Below, one piece after another: positions 12,306 to 23,962 of a stretch of DNA of 64,000 bases (position 1 is its first letter; each line of letters starts with the position of its first letter). Below the pieces are notes generated by a model. It saw nothing but the letters and a program-made list of their open reading frames with translations. It was not told the origin of the DNA and searched no databases. This DNA comes from Vitrella brassicaformis CCMP3155 (lineage: Eukaryota; Protista; Chromerida), in NCBI GenBank assembly GCA_001179505.1, contig CDMY01000376.1, positions 186,001 through 250,000 of the forward strand. Reading direction: 5' to 3'. The position numbers and the translations under genes are program-made.

Positions 12306-14914
12306 ATGAATGTTTTTCGAGGTCTTTCGCTTTGCTTTTTCGGTGGCTACATTCTCCTTCTCATTCAGCCCCTCACAGCCGCCTACACGTTCGCCCCAAA
12401 CCAGACCCTCACATGCGCCCTGCTGGTCACAAACACGACTGCATCCACCCTCGCAGCATCCGAGAACCGATTCAGCATGGTCCTCTCGCCGCAAGCAAGC
12501 TCCCTGCCGCAGACAATCGCCGCCCTCCCGGCTGGTGGCACACTCGACATCAGTGGCAAGGTGACGGGGCTCAACGTCAAGCTGGGGGAGTATCTTGCCA
12601 AGGAGGCGGGGATCCCCTTCCGTCTGCTGGCCTACCGGATGCCTGACAGCCTGTTCGGGACGACTGACAGCGTGTTGCAGCTGCGGCATGTCTTTGGCGA
12701 ATTGGGGCCCGAGAGCGGGATTGACTGCCTGGTGGACAGCATCTTCTTGACAGAGGAGAGGAGGGAGATCACCTCGTTCCTAGCTCCACACGTACGCTAC
12801 GCACCATCATCACATCACCCCACACACACACACATCTCGCAACCGCACCAAATAGTGTCGTTGCCTGTCTGTCTGGTCTGTCTGGTCTGTCTGGTCTGTC
12901 TGGTCTGTCTGGTCTGTGTGGCTGTGTGTGCAGGTGCTGTACTCGTATCAGGTGGTGACCCTGCGGCGGCGCAAGGCGCAGACGGCCGTGTGGGCCAAGA
13001 TCCTGACCATGTTCACGCCCTTCAACGAGTGGGTGTGGGGGTGGATCATGATCACCGTCCTATGCTCGTCACTCGTCTACTATGTCCTCGAACGAAAGGA
13101 AAACGACCTGGACTTCGGAGAGCCCACCATTGCCGAAAACCTCTGGTAAGGTCAGAAAGAGGGGAGGGGGGCATTGTTTGTTTAAGTGTCGCGTCTTCTT
13201 ATCTGTGTGCGTGTGTGTCAGGAATTCGCTGTTTTTCGGCTTTGCAACTTTCACGCAGCTGATCACCTATGCGCCACGGACCCCTGTGGGCCGGCTGTTC
13301 TACCTCTCGTACACGTTCTTCATCCTCGGTACGCACCCACACACCACCACAACCAAGTGCCGTCCGATGCTGATCCCGCCAGTATGCCTGCGTGTGTGTG
13401 TCTCTCCCAGTCGTTCTGTCGTCTTACACGGCCAACCTGGCGGCCTTCTTTGGGAAGAAAGACGTCATCGAGGGAGCGGAGTCGCTCAAGGACCTCCTGG
13501 CAAAGAAACTGTGTGTCGCCAAGCAGCACCCGTCACACCGTCAGTGGGTCTCTGAACACCTGCCCGCCACCAAGATTGTCCAGGTCGATTCCGTCAAGTC
13601 AGTCGGGGGCGCAGGGACGCACCACACCGAGACACTGAGACATACCTACATCGCATTTATCGAGACACACAACATGTATCGTACCATGTTTTATTCTCTG
13701 TTGTGTTCAGGTCGATAATGGAGTCGGTGAGAGATGGGAGGTGTGCGGGTGGCCTGAGCACCGACCTGCACCTGAGGGGCGCCTTCCTGCTGGGCGACTT
13801 CTGCGACCTCACCCTGCAGGGACAGCCGCTCAACCTCGGCTACTACGCAATACCCTTCAGATACATCAGGGTGCGTAGGGAGGGAGGGAGGGAGGGAGGC
13901 ACGTCAGCCAGCCATCCATCCATCTATTCATCCCTCTGTTTGTGTGTGTCGTGCAGACGGCCCCGTCGTATTCGATCAACTCTCCAGAGGCGTACGACGC
14001 CCTCAACACGCTGCTGGTGCGTGCCTTGTCGAGCGGCGCCCTGCTGGACCTGCTGACCCTCTATATGCCCCCCAACCCCACCGCACTCCTCTGCAAAGAC
14101 ACCGCGGACGAGGAGAGCGATGGAGACGACGTCACCACACTGACCTTCTACGACATGGCGGGCATCTTCGCCATCCACGCCTTGCTGACCGTCTTCGTCA
14201 TCGCGCTCTTCTCGCTGGGCTATGGCGGGAAAGCGGCCGCCTCCTACTTTGCTACTGTACACCAAGGAGACGGCGGGGAGGGGTCGCTCTTTAGAAGGTT
14301 CGCCACCAACATCGCCGCGCAGAACCACAAGCTCGTGTCTCTCTTCGCACAGCTGTCGGCCGCCATCAGGTCACCCAGTCCCTCACTCACTCACCTGCAG
14401 ATGAACGTACGTACGACCATTCGCCTGTGTGTGTGTGTGTGCGTCCGTCCTCAGGGGTGTGGACCCAGAAGAGGTCAGGGCCGAGTTGGACAAGGACGAG
14501 GATCTCCAGGCTATGCAGGAGACACTGAACACCCTCCGCAGTTCGCAGGCCATTCGCGCATCGCTCCGCCTGTCGGTCGTCTCACCCACCACCCACCACA
14601 CCGTTGATGGAGGGGCGCCGGTCGTGGCATCCCCCCGCAGTGACGCCTTTTCGTGGCTGCGCACGGGGTTCGGCAAGCTGACCAGACCACTGGCCGACGC
14701 ACAGGCACAGATGCAGCACAGACATGGCGAGGCTACGGGCAGGGAGGCGGGCAGGAGGGGGGGCGGCCGGCGAATGGGCGATCGCCCGGCGGTGGGGGTG
14801 GATAGTGAGATAGCTGACGACACGGCAGGGGGTGCGACGGGGGGAGGCAGTCCTCTTTGGCACAGAACACATGCACAGAGGGAAAACCCGGCCGGCATGG
14901 AAACCGCCGTCTGA
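12306..14914 (+). CDS. Ionotropic glutamate receptor (iGluR/GLR)-like ligand-gated ion channel lacking the large N-terminal domain; multi-exon
   Basis: Signal peptide; S1 segment DCLVDSIFLTEERREITSFLAP; M1 FTPFNEWVWGWIMITV; pore NSLFFGFATFTQ; M3 VVLSSYTANLAAFF (hallmark SYTANLAAF); M4 LTFYDMAGIFAIHALL. Confidence 0.92.
12864..12918 (+). repeat. Intronic 9-bp tandem repeat (GTCTGTCTG/GTCTGGTCT), about 5 copies
   Basis: Visible directly; it explains the VCL repeat in the ORF-track translation, which lies in an intron. Confidence 0.85.
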
Positions 14915-16236
14915 CTGACTGAATGGCCGACTGGCTGACCTGCTTGACCAATGAAATGCGTGCATGTGCCTTTGAGACGCTGACTGATGTGGTGTGGGGG
15001 ATTTGGTCATTAGGTCGTTGGTTGATTTGATGGATGGATGGCTGTGACTAAGAGACAGACAGGTGAGAGAGAGACAGGCAGTTGTATGCATGTGTGTGTG
15101 TGTGCGTGTGTGTGGATGGATGGAGAGGAGACGGTTGGCTGTTTGTTGTTGTTTGTTGCGATGGCATCATATTCACAGATAAGTAACGTCATGAGCGGTA
15201 TGCAGCTGAGCTAGCTCCACGGCAGGCAGGCACCACACATACACACAATCACATCACACATAACATACAAAGTGGACGTATGTATCGATATCGATATCGT
15301 GTCCCTGTCGGACGCCAACCAAACCAGCTCAGACAGAGACTTCATTCATTCATTCATTCATTGACTACAACTGACACATACATACAACACCATACCGTAA
15401 GAGAGTCACCCACTCGCCAATCGCCCAAAACCTTCACAGTATTCATTCGACTAGGATCACCCAACAAACAAAGAAACATCACATCAAAGGCACACCATAC
15501 CACAACGCAAGACAACACACCATAACACACCACACCTCGCACACATGCAGACACGCACACGAAGGAGAAAAAGACAGAGATGGAGACAAAGTGTGTAGAA
15601 GTAGAAACCAGCAGGCAGGGAGGGAGGGAGGGAGGGAGGGGTTCATCCATCCATCCATCCATCCACTTCATTATTGAGGGTGTCTGGCCACACACTGTTT
15701 GTTGGGCCGTCCCGTCCTGTCACAGACATACGTATATACACACACCTGTATACCTAGCCTGTATACCTAGCCACGCATACACACATACACACATACATAC
15801 ATACACACATGCGTACACACATACATACGTACATATATATGTGGATCGATCGCGGTGAGGGATGATCGCACAAAAAATATACACAGGCAGGCATTTCTTT
15901 CATTCAGGCGAGCAGGCAGGCAGGGCGCGGTGCGGTCGGCGGCCTCACTAGGGCGAGCAAGTGTATGTATGTATTGTTGGATTGTCAGTCATTACATGCA
16001 GCCAGTCCATGCGGTCGGGCAAGCCAAGCATGCAGAACTTCGACAACATACCTGCGGCACACCAACATGTAATCCATCGCATGTAGCCATGCATGCTATT
16101 GACCCCACTCACTTCACTCACTCCCCAGCTCGCATTAATGGCACTTTCCAGGCGCCGACCGACAGACCAACCGACCCGCACCGCAAAAAGACGTCGACAC
16201 TCCAAAAGCCCCATCCATCCATCCATCGATCGATCA
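14915..16236. repeat. Microsatellite-rich tail-to-tail intergenic region ((CATC)n, (CATT)n, (GGGA)n, (CATA)n, (TG)n)
   Basis: Visible directly; no credible ORF. Confidence 0.8.
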
Positions 16237-19200
16237 TCACTGTCTCTTTCTCCTTCGCTCAGCCTCCTTTTCCCGCACTTTGTACAGGCCCGCGTAGCGT
16301 CCCAGCATCACATATGTCGCCATGGGATTCATGCGAGTCACCTGCATGTGTGAATCATTCACAGCGCATGAGACACACACACACATGTGTGTCGTGTGTG
16401 GGTGGCCTGACCATGGGTACGACTGATGCGTCGACGATTGAGAGGTCATCGATCCCACAGACACGGAAGTCATTGCCCACCACCTTGCCCATTGCCGCAG
16501 ACCTGCACACACATACACATATACACACAGCGAGACATGCCTGCAGGAGCCCGGATCGGCACCCCCTCTGATTTCACCTACCCTGTCCAGTGCCATATAG
16601 AGCTGCCGTGTGACCGCACGTAATTACCCAACGACTCAGGGTCCTGGAGATCTGATGTGCACCCAGCCACCCAGCAATCCAGTGTCTTGCGTCCTAATGC
16701 ATGGATGCACGTATCTTATCCTTGCAGTGGGTAAGTACCCTTGGGCAGTGGGGGAAAGAGTGCATACTCTTTGGCTGCCTCGAGCTGGTCCGAGGCGCTC
16801 AGTATCTCCGCCTGGTCGCAGTTTACACCGGGGGTCTCGGCACCGCCCAGGAAACAAGACGACGTGTAGTTGGTGCCACGCCGCGACCTCGCCCTCTGAC
16901 GGAGCTCCGCATCCTCCGTCACGGCCTTTATCTCCTCCTTGAGCCACTGCACGACCTCCGAATCGTCCTCACGGGGGTTCAGCCGATGCCGCCGCCTCTC
17001 CATGTCCACGGCGTCGTCATAGCCACCAATGCCACCCCCAAGCTCCTCCTGCAAAAGACGGAGGGCAGTGGCGTTGAGGTCCGTGCTCGCATCCTGCTGC
17101 GCCGCCATGGTGGCGTTGAAGGCCTGGGTGAGGGTGTCGTTGTAATTGGGCGGCGTGGTCTTTTCTGGCCGGATGAGCCGCAGGAAGGCGTCGATGGAGG
17201 GAAGCGGCGGGAACTCGATCTGGCGACGGATGGTCTCAATGGCCTATATATGTGCGACATGGCACACAATGGGCATGTCGGGTGAGGGTGTATGTTTGCT
17301 CACGTATTGGCTATTACCTCGAAAATAGGGTTTTGTTTAGGCAGCAGCCTCTGTCCCACGATAGCGAGGTCCAGCACACCGTTGAGCACGATCAGGGGAC
17401 AGGACAGCGGCGACTTTTTCTGAAAAATCCCTTCAAACTCGCCAGTACCAATCGCCTGCAAACGCATCGAAGCACAAAATGAGACATGTCATGCGCAGAT
17501 GCGATGTAGGGTCTGCCCATGAATGTACCCTGAGGACTCGTTGCAGGCCGTAGACTGCGTCGCGCAGGTCCTTGCCCTCCGGATCACCGTAGTAGTTGGC
17601 GGAGACAATGGGATCGCCTAAACCGCGCAACAGCACATGGACATGCCGGCCTGTCCTCGCACACTGTTTGTGTGCACTGCATGCTTACCCTTCTTGTTGA
17701 TGGTGACTGACCCCCGTGACCTGGGCACCGAGTTGAAGGTAAACAGGGCAGCGACGCTCCTGAGGCACTGGATGAGTGGCTTGAACGGGATGCACACGAT
17801 GTCGTTGAGGTTGGCCGAACACGTAGACAGAATGGTCACCAACCAATCCACCTCACTGACACCCACACACACATGCATAGCATACATGACTCACGCGCAC
17901 GCGAACGATCAGTGAGTGCGGTGGTTGGTTGGTTGTCTCACGGCGTGGATCTGTAGTGGGGAGGAAGTACGAATCGCGTGGCGTACAGGACGCCCTCGGC
18001 GATCTGTGCGCCTGAGAGCTCCTCCGTCGGCACGTACGCACACGTCGGGTTGGCCATCATCTCCGACAGACTACGAAGACACACACGCATCCGTGTGTCA
18101 GATGTCTGTTCCGTCCTCTCACTCACTCACTCACTCACTCACCCGAATCCTTTACAGCCCGTCCCCTCCTGCAGCAGCCCCGCCACCTGGACGAGCGTGG
18201 CGTTGTATCCCTGATCCGGCATCTGTTTCGGCTCGAAGAACGCGTCCACCGGCACAAAATTCCGATCCATCAGATTCTTGCCCAGATCGGGGACCTCCTT
18301 AACCATCTTCAGCTTCCGCACATCCTCAACAATTTCCCGCGGACCCACGCCATTGTTCATCAGCAGAGCGGGCGTGTAGATGGCCCCCGCTGAGAGGATC
18401 ACCTCGCCGCCCTTTTTGATGCACGCCTTCCGCAGAGTGACAGGCTTTGTGGGCTTCCTTTCTTGGCCAAACAGTTCTGCCGTGATGTTGACCTCCTCTC
18501 GTCGTGACGAAGAGGGAAACATGTCAAAGAATCCCTCGACGGTTTCAAAGAGGGAGTTGGCGAGACTGTCCACCCTCTCCAGAGACTCAGGCGACGGGGC
18601 GTAGCCGACACACTCGATCCGTGGGTTGCCGGTTTGCTCATCCGTGACGAAATGCAGCTTGTGCACGGTGGTGCGTTTAATCGTCTTCAGGGTCTGCTGC
18701 TCCTGTTGTCGCATCCGTAGGATCTCGTCTGTGGCCCGCCGCGGCCTCATGGGTGAGAGATCCTTCTCAAAACGTTGTTCGAAGAGGGAGAAGGCGTTCC
18801 ATGAGCCCTGGCTCAGCTCAAAAGACTCGCCATGGTAAGGCTCCCAGCCGACTTTTGCCGTGGCGCGCTGCCAGGCGCTGCCGTAGGGCTCTGAGAAGGG
18901 CATCGGGTGGCCGAGCTGTTCGCGGACCCACGTGTAAGACTGCAATGTCAGCCAACACACATGAGTGTGGTGTCATTCATCTGCTGACGCGAGACATGTT
19001 TGCTCACCTCGTTGACCATGGCCGGGTCGAAGTCAGCTCCGTACTCTTCGCGGATAAAGTCGAAGTAGTCGTTTTTCTCCTGGATCCAGATGGCCAGGTT
19101 GACGGCCGTGCCCCCACTCATGACGTTGCCGATATGCGACCTGACGCCCTCGAGCGTGAGCAGGTCCTGCGTCAGGTCCTTGTTGAGCAAACCCAGACCA

Positions 19201-19934
19201 GTGCCACCGATGGTCAGCCCCTCTGGGCTGTCCGACCTGTCCCCGCCCCGTTCGATCAGCAGCACCTTGGCGCCCGATTCCGCCAGGGTCTGAGAGAGGG
19301 GAATGCCTGCAGCACCGGCACCGACCACGATGTAGTCGAAAAGGTCATCCTCAGCGGGAAACCACGCCTGCAGGGGCGTGATCGACATGAACAGATGGAC
19401 CAAGAGAAGAAGGCCTTTGTGTGCCCGCGTGCGGTGTGTGCGTACCTTTTGCTCTGAGCGACTCCGCCCTCTTTCGTTGCCTCCCCTGTCGGGCAGCCCA
19501 CATGTGCCCTTGATCATCACGAGGAGGATCACGATGAAGACCCTCCCAACAGCCCATCGGCACCATCCCCTCTGCCGCCTGTGCCTTCCGCTCGTCTGGA
19601 GGAGGGGCAACAGACCAGCACGTGGGTCAGAGGGCATCGTAGGGAGGGGATGCGTGCCGCGGCTGGAGTTGTGGGTCAATGGATGAGGGGGGTCTGAAGG
19701 GACCGCACTCACCTGCCTTCTCACAGAGCCGTCACTAGGCATCTCGTGAGTCACCACCGACGTCGTCGAGTCCTTCCCCGTACACCGTAAAACCGTTGTG
19801 TGTAAATCTTCTTCCTTTTCTGAGCAGAGAGGAGAGATGCCCGCGGAAACGCCGTAATCTCCATCCAGATAGATGCACAGCTGCAGCTTCAGCGGCAGGC
19901 TAGGAGTTGGCGGCAGGCCGGGAGACTTCGCCAT
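16237..19934 (-). CDS. GMC oxidoreductase (HOTHEAD/mandelonitrile-lyase-like) with N-terminal TM anchor and large insertions; start uncertain (19934 or a later Met near 19636)
   Basis: FAD motif DYIVVGAGAAG..VLLIERG, GNVMSGGTAVN, GEVILSAGAIYTPALLMNNGVGP, VPDLGKNLMD. Small 3' exons give SSIWHWTG, VVGNDFRVCGIDDLSIVDASVVP and RMNPMATYVMLGRY (His/Asn catalytic pair). Confidence 0.9.
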
Positions 19935-20625
19935 TCACGTGGATCCGGTCGCTGACTGGATGCTGACAGTAAAGGCCACACGGGTGACTGACGCATATGG
20001 ATATCTATAGATAGCCAGATGTCTCTCTGTTGGCTCCCATAGATGCTCTTGTGCGGTGGAGTGAGTGACGGCGTGATGTGATGCCTGCGTCTGCGTTTTG
20101 TATGTGCAGATGGATGGATGGAGGGACACTATACAGACACACGTACAGGGGACCCGACGTGCATGCTAACTACTGCTCAATGAATGGAGTGTGTGTATGT
20201 ATCACTCCAGAATCAGAACACACAGACACATTTAGTCAATTGCATCACTGTCCATGGGTCAGCGAATTACACGAAATTCATGCACACCACACCACACCAC
20301 CACACACCACCACACCACACCGCACCATCCACACACAGCCTGCCTGCCTGCCTGCCTGCCTAGCGTCTCTTCACCCAAGCGTGCCGTGCGTCGCGTCGCA
20401 TTCCCTCACCCGCCCATCTATCTATTCAGCCACCGGACGGACAGCTACACACATCCACCATTCCATTCAGTCATGGCCCCGCCTACGATACGCAGCCAAT
20501 CCATCCACCAACGAATGCCATGCCCCTCCAGCCGGCCGGCCATGCAGCGAACGCACACACTACAGCAGCTGCACTCAACCACGGACCAATTGCCTGACTG
20601 GCTGACCCGGCCCATCGGTGGTCAC

Positions 20626-23600
20626 TCACCAAAACAGCCAGCTGCCCCTCTCCTGTGGCGTTTCCAGTATCTGCTTCGCCCACTCGCCCTGGTTGATGAG
20701 CCGCTCCGACTCCGGGAACACCTTGAGTGCGATCTGCACCAGCTGCAATCCGCCCTTGCCCACCACCACCTCCCTCGACCGCTCGTTGCCCTCTGCCACG
20801 GCCCCCAGGGCGCAGCAGCCGTTCTGCTGCACGAGCTCCTCGAATGGGTGGCTGCCCATGGCCTTGACGATCTCCTCCACGCCGTGCAGCTTGAGAATGG
20901 CCAGCTGGGCGCTGTGCTCGCGCTCGACCGCCGCTGTGATGACGTTGAAGGCGTTGGCCACTAGCTGGGGGGATGGCCGGTGCGTCGAGATGGCCGCCAA
21001 CACGATCGACAGCGCCTTCTCTGAATGGTGGGTGGATAAGGAGCATGCTTACGTGTACATGTCACATTTTCATTGATGTGTAGATGGCTCCCTTCAGCAC
21101 CTGATCCGATGATTTGTTTGATTTGCGGGTCTTTGGTGGCGATGACGGACAGGAGTCTGCACCCGTTCTCCTGCACCTCGAGCATGTCGCTGTGCATCTT
21201 CATGGCGGCCAGCACGGCGTCCACGCCGCCCAGCTCCTTGACCTCTATCGCGTTGGTCGGGTTGTCGTACGACAGACCCACCAGACCAACAAACCTGACA
21301 CACATGGAAAGATCATCACAGACGGATGGATGGATGGACGGGCGGATGGATGGATGGTTGCTCGTCCGGCTCACCCACCCGTTGGCCTGCAGTCCTCCCT
21401 GCTCGACGTATGCGCCGAGGAGGTCGACGATGAGGGTGATGCCGTCCCCGTCCGTGATCGCCTCCCTGCTCGCCGCGTCCACAAACGCCACTATGCCCAC
21501 CAAACGAAACGCCGCCGACAGCAGCCGCACGCGCACCGCTCCCCCGTCGTCCCCCTCCCCCTCCTCATCGATCTCTCTCTCGCCCGCCGCCGCTGCTGCC
21601 CCGTTCTCCCTCGCCCGTGCCGCAGCATGTGCCAGTTTGTCCTTCTCTTGTTTTTGGACGGCTCGGTGCTGGTATCCCAGCAAGGCCAGGAGCATGTCGG
21701 CGATGCGCGGCACGGATGAGGGGAGGCCGGTGCACAGCTGCTGTGCGTTTTCGGTGTTGCGTTTGGTGACGGCGACGATGGCCTCGATGGCGTGGAGGGC
21801 GACACTCTCGCTGGCGATGTTCTGCGAGAGGGCGGAGAGGAGGGTGGGGAGGACGGGCAGCGACGCCGTGAGCTCCTGCTGGAAGGGGGGTGCGATGTCG
21901 ATCATGGCCACGATGAAGTCACACACGGCCGGGAAGGCGGCGTCGAAGTACGGTGATGGCGGGGGCAGCTGACATACATACAAACACACAGCCACACATA
22001 AACAGAGAGATGTGAGTCGAGTCGGATGGGTGTGTGTGGTGGTGGAGGCATCGCATGGCATGGACGCCACACAGGTCAGGTTTATTACTTACTGTGAGTG
22101 CGGTCTTGATGAGCTGCATGAGGAGTGTGGTTCGGTGTTGGTCGAGCAGGGTGTTGATTTCGGTGAGCTGCTCTTCCGCGAGGTAGTTGAGTATGTTGAG
22201 GACATCGCCGACCAGCGCCTCCTTGTTGACCACCGACACGTTGTGCACCACACACTCCAGAAACGCCACACCCAACTCTACCACTGACAGACAGACAGAT
22301 GGGTCGAATCCAGTGACAACAAAGCAAAGCAGCCATTCCTTCAATCGTGGTGTTTACTTTCGGCAGCGGCTGTGTCGCTGGTCGTTCGCTTGCGTGACGT
22401 GGCGTCGCCACCCGACGCACCCGTGAACGTCAGCTGCTGAGTGAACCGGGGCGGGGGCCTCTCTGCCTCCCCCTCCCCCTCTCCCTCCCCCTCTCCCTCC
22501 CCCTCTCCCTGCCCCTCTCCCTCAACCTCTCCCTCACCCCTTCCCGCCCCCTGCTGCCCGACTCCATCTCCGTTGATTTGGTCGACCGGTGCGGCTGTGG
22601 ACGGCTCGTTGGGCGAGGTCTCCTCCTTGGTGCTGACCGTCTCGGCCGCGGACACATCGTCACCTCCCGCCTTGCTCTCCTCGTGTCTACTCGGGGCGAA
22701 CTCCGGCACACTCGCACGTGCGCCGTTGGCCTCCTGGTTGTGTGCCGCCTGGTCCACCGCAACGCCGCTTTTGGGCGTCATGGACAGCCGGGGTGTGGTG
22801 GGTTTGCTGCTGACGGGGCCGTCGTTGTGTCCGCTGCCCGCCCCCGCCTGTGTGAGGCGTCGGTGGATCTCGGACAGGCAGATTCTGAGCATGAGGAGGG
22901 AGTGGGGGTGCTGCGTGAGGGCCGATATGAGCTGGGCGTTGGTCGTCATGGTCGCCAGGCTGTACGCGCACTGCATGGGCGACAGAGACGGACCCAACGG
23001 CTCCTGTCATGTCACCAAACCACATGTGATGTGGACGCAGACAGACAGCCACATGTCAAGGGAGAAATGCAATGCGCCTCTCCCTGTGTGTGTGTGGGGG
23101 GGGGGCTTCCTGACGGTTGATGACGTACGGTACCTGGAGGATGGCCTCGAAGCAGTAAGAGTTCTGTCCGGTTCGGGGGTTGCGTGTGGCGGCAGGTGCC
23201 ATGACGGTCTCGAGTATGCGCTGGTACTCTGCGTTGGACCGCAGCGGATGGATGTGGTGCACAAGGACGCTGTACTGCTTGCCGCGAAGACACTCGAACC
23301 CAACCTCAAACGACTCTTTCTGCACACACACGACACAGGACAGACACACATGACATGACATAAAGTGTTTTCAATGTTTCGATGTCAGCCAGAATCGGAG
23401 GGCCCTCCCCTGCTCTTTGTTCTTGTGTGTTTCCTCCTCCTTGTCAATTCACCAACCAGCAGTTTGGGTGTGGTGGGCATTCGTTCGCAGTAGACGGTCT
23501 CGTCTTCGAACTTGATGGAGAAGCGCGGCTCGAAGTCGCCGTAGGTTTGGTCCCCATTGTTGGTGCCGGTGGCTGGCGAGGAGGGCAGCGACGAGGGCTG

Positions 23601-23666
23601 GTGGGGCGGCGATGCTGATGCATCCGACGGCTCAGACGAGTGTGAGTGCGATTGCGAAGACGACAT
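20626..23666 (-). CDS. Armadillo/ARM-repeat protein with a low-complexity (GE)n linker; multi-exon; both ends approximate
   Basis: Repeats such as GGVDAVLAAMKMHSDMLEVQENGCRLLSVIA and GVEEIVKAMGSHPFEELVQQNGCCALGAVA. Exons join by GT-AG introns. Confidence 0.8.
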
Positions 23667-23962
23667 TGCTGCGATGCGGCCCCTTCTCCTACAGGCAGGT
23701 GCTAATGAGATGACGCTTAAACGCTTAAGGCTTCAGCAGCAGCGGTTTCATGCAGTACCCTAGGCTTCCGAGGCGAGCTTGGCTTCATTCGGTCGCAGAG
23801 TGCTTGAGGTTTTATGCCCTCTGACTGACCTTATCTAGCAGCGGTAGCGCCGGTGGAACAGATCTGCAAGTTACAGCCCGTGTCGATGAGCACCGACAGC
23901 GTCAGAGATCAGCGTGTGGCCTACCATCTGAGCTGACACACCACACCCCTGTCAGGTCAGAG
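23667..23962. promoter_or_regulatory. Putative bidirectional promoter (ARM / cap methyltransferase)
   Basis: Divergent starts; GCGAGCTT at 23773-23780 and GGAACAGATCT at 23855-23865. Confidence 0.55.

Noticed and set aside
12864-12918. Regularly spaced short repeats as a possible CRISPR-like array
   Set aside because: Head-to-tail microsatellite with no unique spacers, in eukaryotic intronic context, with no cas genes.
15283-15300. Palindromic ATCGATATCGAT and nearby short direct repeats (CTGTATACCTAGC x2 near 15746-15772; 16-bp duplicate near 30365-30397)
   Set aside because: Short slippage products in low-complexity DNA, with no transposon ends or spacer structure.
22440-22530. (CTCTCC/CCCTCT)n tract as a possible intron or mobile insertion
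   Set aside because: It is in frame within the ARM-protein exon and encodes a (GE)n linker.
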